Positions 26,307 through 35,157 of a stretch of DNA of 64,000 nt are shown here, in pieces. Position numbers and translations under genes: made by a program. The notes below the pieces were generated by a model. That model was not told the DNA's origin. It worked only from the letters and a program-made list of their open reading frames with translations, and made no database searches. The stretch is from an uncultured virus (IMG/VR IMGVR_UViG_3300031963_000055). Its lineage: Duplodnaviria; Heunggongvirae; Uroviricota; Caudoviricetes. Numbering within the stretch: the first letter of the stretch is position 1; each line of letters opens with the position of its first letter. The stretch lies in IMG/VR virus record IMGVR_UViG_3300031963_000055; one strand, given 5' to 3'.

Positions 26307-27105
26307 ATATACAATAGATGATTTTATTAAATTAAAACCAATTATATATGAATATTGTGTAAATTTAACTCAAAAGAAAACTTCAACCTCTTGGTTTAGA
26401 GATTTTGCTGATGCAAATGATTTATATCAAGAGGTTTTTCTTTATGTACATGATAACTATTTCAATAAACCTAAAGAAGAGATGGTAGAAGGTAAATTTA
26501 TTCAGTTAATGAAGAATTGTACTTACTGGACATATCATAGAAGATTTACAACTAAAGGGCACAAACTATATCAAAGTTTAAATCGTATAGATGATTCACC
26601 TAAAGATTTATTTTTATTTGAACAATCTAGGTATGAATATGGTACAGGTTATATTAACTTTATAGAAACTATAGACTTTAAGTATTATACTAAAACATTA
26701 AATTCTATTGAGATTAAAGCCTTACTAATGTATTTAGAAGGGTATCCTATTAAAGAAATAGATCTTAAGTGTAATAAACGTAGAGGTTTTTTTGAGTATC
26801 TTGTTAGAAGAAAACTTTATAAGATTATTCAAAAAGATAAAATTAAACCTTCTAAGCCTATTAGTGGTAAAGTAGAGAAAAAAGTAACTTTAGAAGAGGA
26901 TAATATAGCATTTTTAAGGTCTAAAATACCTTCATACGATAATGTTTTTAATTTTAAAAGGTCTAATGATAAATTTATTAAAATGTATTCACTATATTTA
27001 CAAAGTGTTAGTTTAAAAGATATATCTGAAGAATTTAAAATACCAACTCAACAAATTAGTGTTGAGTTATATAGAATTAAACAAAAGATTAAAAAGTATG
27101 AGTAA
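26287..27105 (+). CDS. ECF sigma-factor-like protein with two region-4-like HTH segments
   Basis: DANDLYQEVFL (region 2); LNSIEIKALLMYLEGYPIKEI and SLKDISEEFKIPTQQISVELYRIKQK. Confidence 0.65.
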   Translation: MTTTLNKYTIDDFIKLKPIIYEYCVNLTQKKTSTSWFRDFADANDLYQEVFLYVHDNYFNKPKEEMVEGKFIQLMKNCTYWTYHRRFTTKGHKLYQSLNRIDDSPKDLFLFEQSRYEYGTGYINFIETIDFKYYTKTLNSIEIKALLMYLEGYPIKEIDLKCNKRRGFFEYLVRRKLYKIIQKDKIKPSKPISGKVEKKVTLEEDNIAFLRSKIPSYDNVFNFKRSNDKFIKMYSLYLQSVSLKDISEEFKIPTQQISVELYRIKQKIKKYE

Positions 27106-27448
27106 AGAACTAATTCCTTTAGAGGAGAAAGTAGAGTATGTTAAACAAACTAATAAACCAACTAAACAATCTGAAGGTAAATTATTTTATGAAATAGATT
27201 GGGAGTTTATTGAAGGTATGGCCACTAGAATGGCTTTAAATAAACAAAACGGTAAGTATGATAGATTTGGATGGAGAGATAATGGTGTAGATATTAGTGA
27301 AATGAATCAAGCTCTAGTAAGGCATTTAATTGCTATACTAAAAGGTGAATTGCAAGATGATGAGCAACAATATTCACATTATTATGCTTTAGCATGTAAC
27401 AGCATGTTAATAGTAAACTCTTTAAAATCTAAGAATGAAGTTAAATAA
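27059..27448 (+). CDS. dATP/dGTP diphosphohydrolase-like protein (DUF5664-like)
   Basis: K...GK...KY....W...A..RH.......DDE...H...ACN pattern. Confidence 0.7.
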   Translation: MLSYIELNKRLKSMSKELIPLEEKVEYVKQTNKPTKQSEGKLFYEIDWEFIEGMATRMALNKQNGKYDRFGWRDNGVDISEMNQALVRHLIAILKGELQDDEQQYSHYYALACNSMLIVNSLKSKNEVK

Positions 27449-28472
27449 ATTACAAAAACCAATTTACGATTGGATTTTATCAAATCCCGGATATTTAAAA
27501 TGTAGTCCTAAAGTAGTATCTAAATATTATCCTAAGAAAGCTAATTCTAAAAATATTCAAATAGCATTAGAACAAGCTAGGGTAACTTGTAAACAAGCTA
27601 ATATTAAACCTGTAATATCTTTACAGCAGATTAGAAATGGTGTAAATGTTGAGAAAAAAATTAAATTTACAAATGATTTACAGTTATCTAAACCTACAAT
27701 TAGAGGTCAAAGATATTTAACTCCTGGTATGTATATTGTACTAGGTTGTGTACATGCACCATTTCACTTAGCCCCTGCATTTAAAGCTGTTGAACAATTG
27801 TTGCATGATAACAAATCTGAAATAGTTGGGTTAGTGTTAGATGGTGATTTTACAGATATAAATTCACTCAGTAATCATGATAAAGGTAGAAAACCTATTC
27901 CAGGTGTAACATTAGATTGGGAATACAAAGAATCTGAAATTTTATTAGATAGTTTACTAAATCCTTTAGCTTCAAATATTGCTAAAATATTTATTTACGG
28001 TAACCACGAGGATAGATATAATAGATATATGTCTGATATCGATAACTCTAAGTTAGGGGCAAGTTTACAATCTCCTATTGAGGGATTAAAGCTTGTACAA
28101 AAAGGGTTTGATATTTATGAAAACTGGAAAGAAGATTTTGTTACATTAGGTCATCATTTAGATGTATCTCACGGCGAATTCTATAACGTGCATAGCGCTA
28201 AGAAACACATAGATACTTATAGAAGATCTATTTTATATTACCATACTCATAGAGTGCAACAATATATTGAAGGTGCTGTAGGTGGTTATAATGGTGGTTC
28301 TATGGCAGACTTTAATGCCCCTGTATTTGGATATGCATCAAGAGCTATGAAAAACAGTTGGCTTAATGGATTTAATACTGTTCATATAGATGAACAAGGA
28401 TTTTATCATATTCAACAAATAGTTTGTTATAACAACAGCTTTGTATTTGGTAATAAAATTTATAAATATTAA
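27435..28472 (+). CDS. Calcineurin-like metallophosphoesterase
   Basis: GCVH, GDFTD, GNHEDR, SHG, HTHR motifs. Confidence 0.8.
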   Translation: MKLNKLQKPIYDWILSNPGYLKCSPKVVSKYYPKKANSKNIQIALEQARVTCKQANIKPVISLQQIRNGVNVEKKIKFTNDLQLSKPTIRGQRYLTPGMYIVLGCVHAPFHLAPAFKAVEQLLHDNKSEIVGLVLDGDFTDINSLSNHDKGRKPIPGVTLDWEYKESEILLDSLLNPLASNIAKIFIYGNHEDRYNRYMSDIDNSKLGASLQSPIEGLKLVQKGFDIYENWKEDFVTLGHHLDVSHGEFYNVHSAKKHIDTYRRSILYYHTHRVQQYIEGAVGGYNGGSMADFNAPVFGYASRAMKNSWLNGFNTVHIDEQGFYHIQQIVCYNNSFVFGNKIYKY

Positions 28473-28615
28473 ATAAGTTATCCCGATAGTGAAGGTGCTA
28501 GGTTTACACTATAAGTTGGCTGCTTTAAAGCTAGGTTTTCTTTTCTAGGTTTCTAGATTCTGTACCTGTATCATTAATAGAGGGGACGTTGGACTCGTCA
28601 GAGGATAACTTATTT
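28471..28615 (+). ncRNA. Candidate multi-arm structured RNA
   Basis: 13-bp closing stem AAATAAGTTATCC/GGATAACTTATTT; arms ATAGTG/CACTAT, TTGGCT/AGCTAG, TCTAG/CTAGA, GACG/CGTC. Confidence 0.6.
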
Positions 28616-28861
28616 ACACATTAAATAACTACACATATTAGTTTAACCTTAACCTTTTAAAGAAGTTAGTTTATTTTTTACACCTAATGTATTGTAGTTA
28701 TTTGAAAAGATTGTACCAAACAACCTCTGTATATGTTCAAATGTTTGAGTTCCTTGAGTAGAAGCTAGCTCTAATCTCAAGTTGCTGTATAAGATTAGTT
28801 TTTATCTAGTGCTTATACAAAACTCCTAAGCAAAAGTCGGGGATTTTTAAATTATTAAATA

Positions 28862-29158
28862 ATGGAAAAGGTAGAATTAAATAGTGAAAAATTCCTTAGA
28901 TTTGTAATTAATTACATGTTAAGAGAATTTGATGCAGATTATGAATCTGTGAAGAAGAAACAGATGTATGGTAATACACCTTGGTTTCAATATTATTGGG
29001 ATACACCAGAAACTAAAAAACAGTTTTTAGATTGGTTAAGAGAATTTATTAAAGCAACTGTTAATTACAAACCAAACTCAATTGATGATATAGTTGAATC
29101 TATAGATTTAATGTGGGGGTTAAAAGTATATGAAGATGAAAGTAATATTAAGAAATAG
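28862..29158 (+). CDS. Hypothetical protein
   Basis: ORF track. Confidence 0.65.
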   Translation: MEKVELNSEKFLRFVINYMLREFDADYESVKKKQMYGNTPWFQYYWDTPETKKQFLDWLREFIKATVNYKPNSIDDIVESIDLMWGLKVYEDESNIKK

Positions 29159-29531
29159 TATCAAATGTAATCATTGTAATGATGAAATAGAATCTAAACA
29201 TAGACATAATTTTGTTACATGTAAATGTGGTAAAGTTAGTGTTGACGGTGGTAAAGATTATGGTAGAATATTATACACTGAAGAATCTGATTATACAGAT
29301 ACTTCAATCTACGACGATGGAACTCATGAATTAAGAAGACAATATCTTACATGGGGTAATAACTATGATAAAGATATGAATAGATTACCTGAAACAGTTT
29401 ATACTTCAATTATGAACATGACAAGTGAACATATTCAAGCAATACTAGATGGTGGATATGCAAATAGAAATCCATTTTATAAAGAATTATTTAAAGAAGA
29501 ACTTAAATTTAGAATTAATGAATCAGTCTAG
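29130..29531 (+). CDS. Zinc-binding phage protein
   Basis: CNHC...HRHNF..CKCG...VDGG motif. Confidence 0.7.
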   Translation: MKMKVILRNSIKCNHCNDEIESKHRHNFVTCKCGKVSVDGGKDYGRILYTEESDYTDTSIYDDGTHELRRQYLTWGNNYDKDMNRLPETVYTSIMNMTSEHIQAILDGGYANRNPFYKELFKEELKFRINESV

Positions 29532-29715
29532 ACAAGAAGGATATTATTGGGTTAAGTATAAAGATGGTCCATTTTCAGTTGCTTTTTGGAATTTAAACTG
29601 GATGAGTAACAAACCTTGTTGGGCTGTAATAGGTAATGAAGATATGTGGCAAGATTCAGATTTTGAACATATTAATGAAGTAAGAATTAAAGAACCTGGT
29701 GAATTACCAGATTAA
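29449..29715 (+). CDS. Hypothetical protein (likely internal start MNQSRQEGYYWVK)
   Basis: GYYWVK motif. Confidence 0.6.
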   Translation: MVDMQIEIHFIKNYLKKNLNLELMNQSRQEGYYWVKYKDGPFSVAFWNLNWMSNKPCWAVIGNEDMWQDSDFEHINEVRIKEPGELPD

Positions 29716-29721
29716 AATTAA

Positions 29722-30114
29722 ATGATGATAAAAGGAACTAGAAATCAATTATACAACATTACTAATGCCTCTCAAGGAGAAACTAAGAAAGTATTAACTG
29801 TTTGTTCAGCAGGATTATTAAGATCTGCTACATTACAAAATATGTTAATTAGAGAATATGGTTACAATGTAAGAAATTGTGGTACTGTAGAATCTTATGC
29901 ATTAATACCTATTAGTGAAGCTCTGGTTAAATGGGCTGATGAAATAGTATTTGTTAATCAAGAGAATTATAATGATGTTAAGCATGAAATAGATACTTTA
30001 GGTATTTCTTACAAATGTTACATATTAGACATACCAGACATGTACAACTTTAATGATCCTGAATTGGTAAGGATTTGTAAAGAGCAGTATGAGAATAAAC
30101 AAGTAAAATATTAA
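29722..30114 (+). CDS. Low-molecular-weight phosphatase (CX5R) family protein
   Basis: VLTVCSAGLLRS P-loop, WADEIV, LDIPD. Confidence 0.85.
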   Translation: MMIKGTRNQLYNITNASQGETKKVLTVCSAGLLRSATLQNMLIREYGYNVRNCGTVESYALIPISEALVKWADEIVFVNQENYNDVKHEIDTLGISYKCYILDIPDMYNFNDPELVRICKEQYENKQVKY

Positions 30115-30118
30115 ACTA

Positions 30119-31336
30119 ATGGAAAATATAAACTCAGTTTGTTATATAAACAAAATTAATAAAATTGAATCTATTGAAGGTGCAGACAAAATAGAATTGT
30201 GTACTGTTAATGGATGGACATCTGTTACCCAAAAAGGCATCCATAAAGAAGGTGATTTGATATTATGTATTACAACTGATGCAGTAATACCTGAAGATTT
30301 AGCTACGCAATGGGGTTGTATTAGCTATCTTAGAAATAAATCTAGGGTTAGAACAGTTAAACTAAAAGGTGTTTATAGTGAATGTATTTTAATCCCTTTA
30401 AAAGATATATTAACTAAAAATACTTTTAAAGAAGGTCAAGATTTATCTGAAGATTTACAAATATTTAAATATGAACCTCCTGTGAGAGAAATGTTAAATG
30501 TAAGTGTTCCTAAAGTATATTTTAAATGGAATAAAATACATAAATTTTCAATGTGGAGATCATTTGTAAATTATAAAATTAATAAACTTAGAAATAAGTT
30601 TAAAAAATATTATAAAGATAATGTGAATTTTGATAAATATTATAAATTTCCTAATCAAAAGAATACTCCACACATGTTTAGTGAATTAGATGTAGTTGTA
30701 ATTACTCGTAAAATGCATGGAACTAATGCTAGATATGGTATTGTTAAAAAGAATCTTATAAGTCCTTTAGATAAACTTAAGAAATTATTTGGAGATGAAT
30801 GGATAGAATATGAATATGTCTATGGTTCTCATAATGTAGAAAAAGGTTCTGATTCTCAAGGTTTTTACTCTACAGATGTTTGGCAAGAAATTGCTGATAA
30901 GTATCAAATAAAACAGTTACTTTGGGGATATGTTAAAACTAATTATACTCCTAAATTATTAGGTAAAGGTATCATTATTTATGGTGAGATATTTGGACCA
31001 GGTATTCAAAAGAATTATGATTATGGGTATGAAAATATAGAATTTGAAGCTTTTGATATTCAATTTAATGGAGAATATTTATCTGATTTTGAATTTCAAT
31101 CTAGGATTAAAGATATACTAACTGCTCAAAATGTAGTTGATTATTTATATGAGGGTAACTGGTCTAAAGAAATTCAAGATAAATTTGTATTTAATAACTT
31201 TATTGAGAATTCTAAAGTACCACATGAAGGTGTCGTAGTTAAATGTATATCTGGAGATAGGAAGAAGATTTCTAAAGTAATTAATCCTGACTATTTAACT
31301 TATGGAGAAAAACATGGAACAACAGACTCACATTAA
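30119..31336 (+). CDS. ATP-dependent RNA ligase (Rnl2/DRB0094-like)
   Basis: N-terminal IEGADKIE domain; KMHGTN, YGEIFG, FDI, EGVVVK, KVIN motifs. Confidence 0.88.
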   Translation: MENINSVCYINKINKIESIEGADKIELCTVNGWTSVTQKGIHKEGDLILCITTDAVIPEDLATQWGCISYLRNKSRVRTVKLKGVYSECILIPLKDILTKNTFKEGQDLSEDLQIFKYEPPVREMLNVSVPKVYFKWNKIHKFSMWRSFVNYKINKLRNKFKKYYKDNVNFDKYYKFPNQKNTPHMFSELDVVVITRKMHGTNARYGIVKKNLISPLDKLKKLFGDEWIEYEYVYGSHNVEKGSDSQGFYSTDVWQEIADKYQIKQLLWGYVKTNYTPKLLGKGIIIYGEIFGPGIQKNYDYGYENIEFEAFDIQFNGEYLSDFEFQSRIKDILTAQNVVDYLYEGNWSKEIQDKFVFNNFIENSKVPHEGVVVKCISGDRKKISKVINPDYLTYGEKHGTTDSH

Positions 31337-31385
31337 AATTTTAACAGATCATCATAATCGAAATACTAATTAATATTAGTAAATT

Positions 31386-31422
31386 AAAAACCCTCCTAGA
31401 GAAATCTAAGAGGGTTTTTTTT
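31386..31422. terminator. Bidirectional intrinsic terminator between convergent arms
   Basis: AAAAA-CCCTCCTAGA-GAAA-TCTAAGAGGG-TTTTTTTT. Confidence 0.85.
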
Positions 31423-31444
31423 ATTCACCGCAAGTATTAAGATA

Positions 31445-34285
31445 TTATTTAGTCCTATCTACATATTTTGAATTATCAAATAAGTCTGGTAAGTTTTGAC
31501 CTAATTGATTATAACCAGGTAAAATAGAACCTAGACTTCTATAAAACTTATTCTCACCTTTATGTGAACCTGCTTTAACTTTATAATCTCTTATATAAGC
31601 ACCATAAGGTAAATAAGTTACTGTAGTAATTACTGAATTAGCTAATTTAGTTACTGCAAATGGTGATTTAGACATTGCTGTAACATTCTTAGGATTAGCA
31701 AAGAATAGTATATCACCAGATACTTTATCTAATTGATTCATAGTTTCTTTATACCAAGCAGATCTTTTACGTTTTTCATCATCATCCCAACCTAAAGCCA
31801 TTGCACCAACTATTGTAGCTAATAATATTACAGCTTCAGTTAATGTTTTTTTAGCATTATAGACTTCTAATTCAGTTAATTCACCTTTCTGGATTCTATC
31901 TAAAGTATCTTTAGCATTTCTAGCTAAATTAAATACTGTTCTCCACCTACCTTCAGTATCTACCATTAATCTATCACTAAACTTCTTTTCACCAACTCTA
32001 GATTCAATAGCTGCAGGAATCCACTTCTTAAACTGAAAAGCTAATCTGGCCCATACATTTTGATTTAATATAGCCGCATCTCTAGTAGAATACCTACCAT
32101 GTATCTGTTCATTAACTCCCATAATTCTAGTAGAAGTTCTTAACATATAATCTTGAAAATCAGCTTTTGTACCAAAATGTTTTAAATATTCAAGTTTAAC
32201 ATCACCTTTATCATCAATCATTTCCCATAAACTAGTTTTACCATCAGGTTTAGTATGTAACATCATGGCAACCATTGTTCTAGTTTGTAAGAATACCTCA
32301 CCTGCTTTTTGTGCAGAGTACATATAGTTCTTTAACTTCTCACCTGTTAAACCTTGTCTAATACTAACATTGTTAGCATATTCATAATCAGTAAGTTCTT
32401 GTAGTATAGGATAACGTTCTACTAAAGCATTCATTTTAGAATCCTTAGAAAAAGTTTGTCCAAAGAACATTCCTGAAGCTTTATTTAAATCTGAAGCATT
32501 AAAGAATCTCCCTCCAGTAGCTTCAATAATATTACCAATTTCACCTACTACAACGTTAGTAAAGGCTGTAAATGGGTTTAAACCTATTCTTAATAAACTA
32601 TTCCAATTTAATGCAAAGTCTGCTAATTCACCAGCTTTAATCACTTTCTTACCTGTAACATTACCATCAGTATCATATAATGTTTCCACAGTAATCTCAT
32701 CTCTACCTTTAGTCTTCTTACCTAATATCTGCATATCAATTACTGCATCTACCATTTCATAGATATTAGACTCTTTACCATCAATTAATTCATTAGCTTT
32801 ATGAGGATTAATAAATTTATTATCAGCTAAACTTCTTTGTAATAATCTAGTTTGAGGTAATATTTCAGAAAGTTCTTCATGTTCAATAGCCATTGCTGCA
32901 AACTTAAATAAACTTTCACCTAAGTCTTTAGATTTATTATCTCCAGTTAATTTAGTAATATATTGAACAGGAATAACATCTCTTTCTAAATTAGCGTCTT
33001 TTACAAAATCATCTTTACTAATTTCATATCTTTTCATCCCAGTAATATACTTAACTAATCCTTTAGTTTTACCCCAAGTTCCTTCAATTTTTAACACATC
33101 TGCTAATGATTCTGTATATAAATTAGGTATAAAATCTTCGGGATGTTCTTTTAACCACTGAGTCTGTCTATTAATAGGTAACTTTTCTACAGCTTCTTTA
33201 ATAGTTTTTTGATAAAATTCATAAAAAGCTTTTAATTCTTTAGTTTTTTGGATTTTAACATAATTAGGATTAGTATATTTTAACTTATCAATTGGTACAA
33301 ATTTACCTAAAGTTTCATCATAAGTTGCTATTTTATAAATAGAACCATCTTTAGCTTTACGAGATTCAGATAACTTATTATAAAACTCCGTAGTATAAGG
33401 TCTAGTTAATACTGTAGTTTTATCTGTATCTTGAATAAATAAAGAATAAACTTCCTTCATAGTCATATTATTAGACTTAGCATATTCTTTTAACTTTTCA
33501 ACTTCAGATTTTACATCTTCATAAACTTTACCTTGATTACTAGAAATACTTAGTTGAGTACTTTTAATTAATGATCCCACAGTTCTAGCAATAGTGTTTT
33601 CAACATTAGTTAATGCACCAGTATACTTTTCAAAACCACCAATATCTTTTTGTTCAGATTTTAATTGTTCAAAAGTTTTACCTTGTTTAATATTAGCTTG
33701 TTTTTCAACAGTAGTCTCAACAATATGTTTAGCAATATTTAAAAATCTCTTTTGTAGTTCATCAACTCTAGCTGCAATTTCAGGTAAAAAGTATAAACTA
33801 TCTAATCTTTCAGATAATTCAGCTACTCGAGAAATCTCAGTTTCTCTACTACCCATTTCATAAGCTTTAATTAAACCTTCAATATTATCTAAATCTAATT
33901 CTGCTAATTCATATAAATAAGCTTTATTATTACTAACTTCATATTTAGCTAATAAATCTTTCATATTAGCCTCCATAGCTTTAAACTTATCATAACGAGG
34001 AGTGCCTTGAGGGGTCTTAGCTAATATGTTAGTAACATTAGCAATACTACGTTTTAAATTAACTACTTGTTCTTTAAACTGTTCTTGAGGTTTAACTTCC
34101 TCAACTTTAGGTTTTTCAACTTTAACTTCTTTAATTCCTGGTAAATCTTCTAGTGTAGGAAATGAATCTACACCATGTTCTTTTTGCCACAAACTAACTT
34201 TAAGTTCTAATATTATTTGAGGTAATTTACTTTGCATTAATAAATGCTTGAACTCTTGAGAGTTAATATTTATACAACTAGCCAT
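31445..34285 (-). CDS. Large virion cargo/ejection protein (946 aa)
   Basis: Helical; last gene of the RNAP cluster; QFKKW motif and hydrophobic C-terminal segment. Confidence 0.7.
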   Translation of the reverse strand: MASCININSQEFKHLLMQSKLPQIILELKVSLWQKEHGVDSFPTLEDLPGIKEVKVEKPKVEEVKPQEQFKEQVVNLKRSIANVTNILAKTPQGTPRYDKFKAMEANMKDLLAKYEVSNNKAYLYELAELDLDNIEGLIKAYEMGSRETEISRVAELSERLDSLYFLPEIAARVDELQKRFLNIAKHIVETTVEKQANIKQGKTFEQLKSEQKDIGGFEKYTGALTNVENTIARTVGSLIKSTQLSISSNQGKVYEDVKSEVEKLKEYAKSNNMTMKEVYSLFIQDTDKTTVLTRPYTTEFYNKLSESRKAKDGSIYKIATYDETLGKFVPIDKLKYTNPNYVKIQKTKELKAFYEFYQKTIKEAVEKLPINRQTQWLKEHPEDFIPNLYTESLADVLKIEGTWGKTKGLVKYITGMKRYEISKDDFVKDANLERDVIPVQYITKLTGDNKSKDLGESLFKFAAMAIEHEELSEILPQTRLLQRSLADNKFINPHKANELIDGKESNIYEMVDAVIDMQILGKKTKGRDEITVETLYDTDGNVTGKKVIKAGELADFALNWNSLLRIGLNPFTAFTNVVVGEIGNIIEATGGRFFNASDLNKASGMFFGQTFSKDSKMNALVERYPILQELTDYEYANNVSIRQGLTGEKLKNYMYSAQKAGEVFLQTRTMVAMMLHTKPDGKTSLWEMIDDKGDVKLEYLKHFGTKADFQDYMLRTSTRIMGVNEQIHGRYSTRDAAILNQNVWARLAFQFKKWIPAAIESRVGEKKFSDRLMVDTEGRWRTVFNLARNAKDTLDRIQKGELTELEVYNAKKTLTEAVILLATIVGAMALGWDDDEKRKRSAWYKETMNQLDKVSGDILFFANPKNVTAMSKSPFAVTKLANSVITTVTYLPYGAYIRDYKVKAGSHKGENKFYRSLGSILPGYNQLGQNLPDLFDNSKYVDRTK

Positions 34286-35157
34286 TATTTACATTGTTTT
34301 TTATATTCATCAATACTTTCTTGTGATATTCCATATTGATTAGAATCATCCTTAGAATTAACCCAGTCTTTAAAACCTTCTATATCTTGTTTAGAACCTA
34401 ATATATGTATTTGTTTTTGAGTTTTAACAAAGTGTTGTATACCTCTTTCATTAGTAATAAGATTAAAAGTTGTTTCATTTGTAATATCAGGATTATTTAA
34501 AATTACAGCAACTATTTCTCCATAATTTTTAGCAGCTTTTTGAGAGGGTGTAAAATAATATCCGTACCCTAATTCCCCACTTTCATAAGCCCTATCATCA
34601 TCAGATGGATATAACTCAGAATTATTTTTAAAACCTTCTGTAAATATTTGCTTTTTATTAGTAGTTCCATGATAAACAATATCTTTTACTTTACTATTAG
34701 GGAATATACTATCTAAATACGCAGAGTATTCTTGTGAAGTTCCTATACTAGCTAATTCAGGAGATTGTTTAAAAATATCACTTACACCTTCTTTAGTTTC
34801 TTGTGATATACCATAATCTACATCATCAATCTCTCCTTGTTCAATTGGATCATTAAATTCTTGTTCCATTAAAGCAACATCGCCATTAAAAAAGTCTAAA
34901 TCTCTTTCAAATGTTTTTTCAGCTAATTTTTGTCTTATTAATTCTCTGTCTACAAGTTTTTGAAAATTATTAACAATTACTTTATAACCACCTATCCCAG
35001 AATGTTCTCTAACATCAGTTAAATTAAATCCCCAAAGGTTATTTAAATCATCACTTATTTTTTTAGCTGCATTTTTTGAAAAAATATCCTGTTTGTTAGG
35101 TAATTTTTCATCAATACTTTTATTTATTGTTTTTTCTATTTCTATACTACAAGCCAT
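34285..35157 (-). CDS. Cargo-cluster protein with ADP-ribosyltransferase-like module
   Basis: VYHGT...GYGYYFT ART-like signature; YLDSIFPNSKVKDIV. Confidence 0.6.
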   Translation of the reverse strand: MACSIEIEKTINKSIDEKLPNKQDIFSKNAAKKISDDLNNLWGFNLTDVREHSGIGGYKVIVNNFQKLVDRELIRQKLAEKTFERDLDFFNGDVALMEQEFNDPIEQGEIDDVDYGISQETKEGVSDIFKQSPELASIGTSQEYSAYLDSIFPNSKVKDIVYHGTTNKKQIFTEGFKNNSELYPSDDDRAYESGELGYGYYFTPSQKAAKNYGEIVAVILNNPDITNETTFNLITNERGIQHFVKTQKQIHILGSKQDIEGFKDWVNSKDDSNQYGISQESIDEYKKQCK

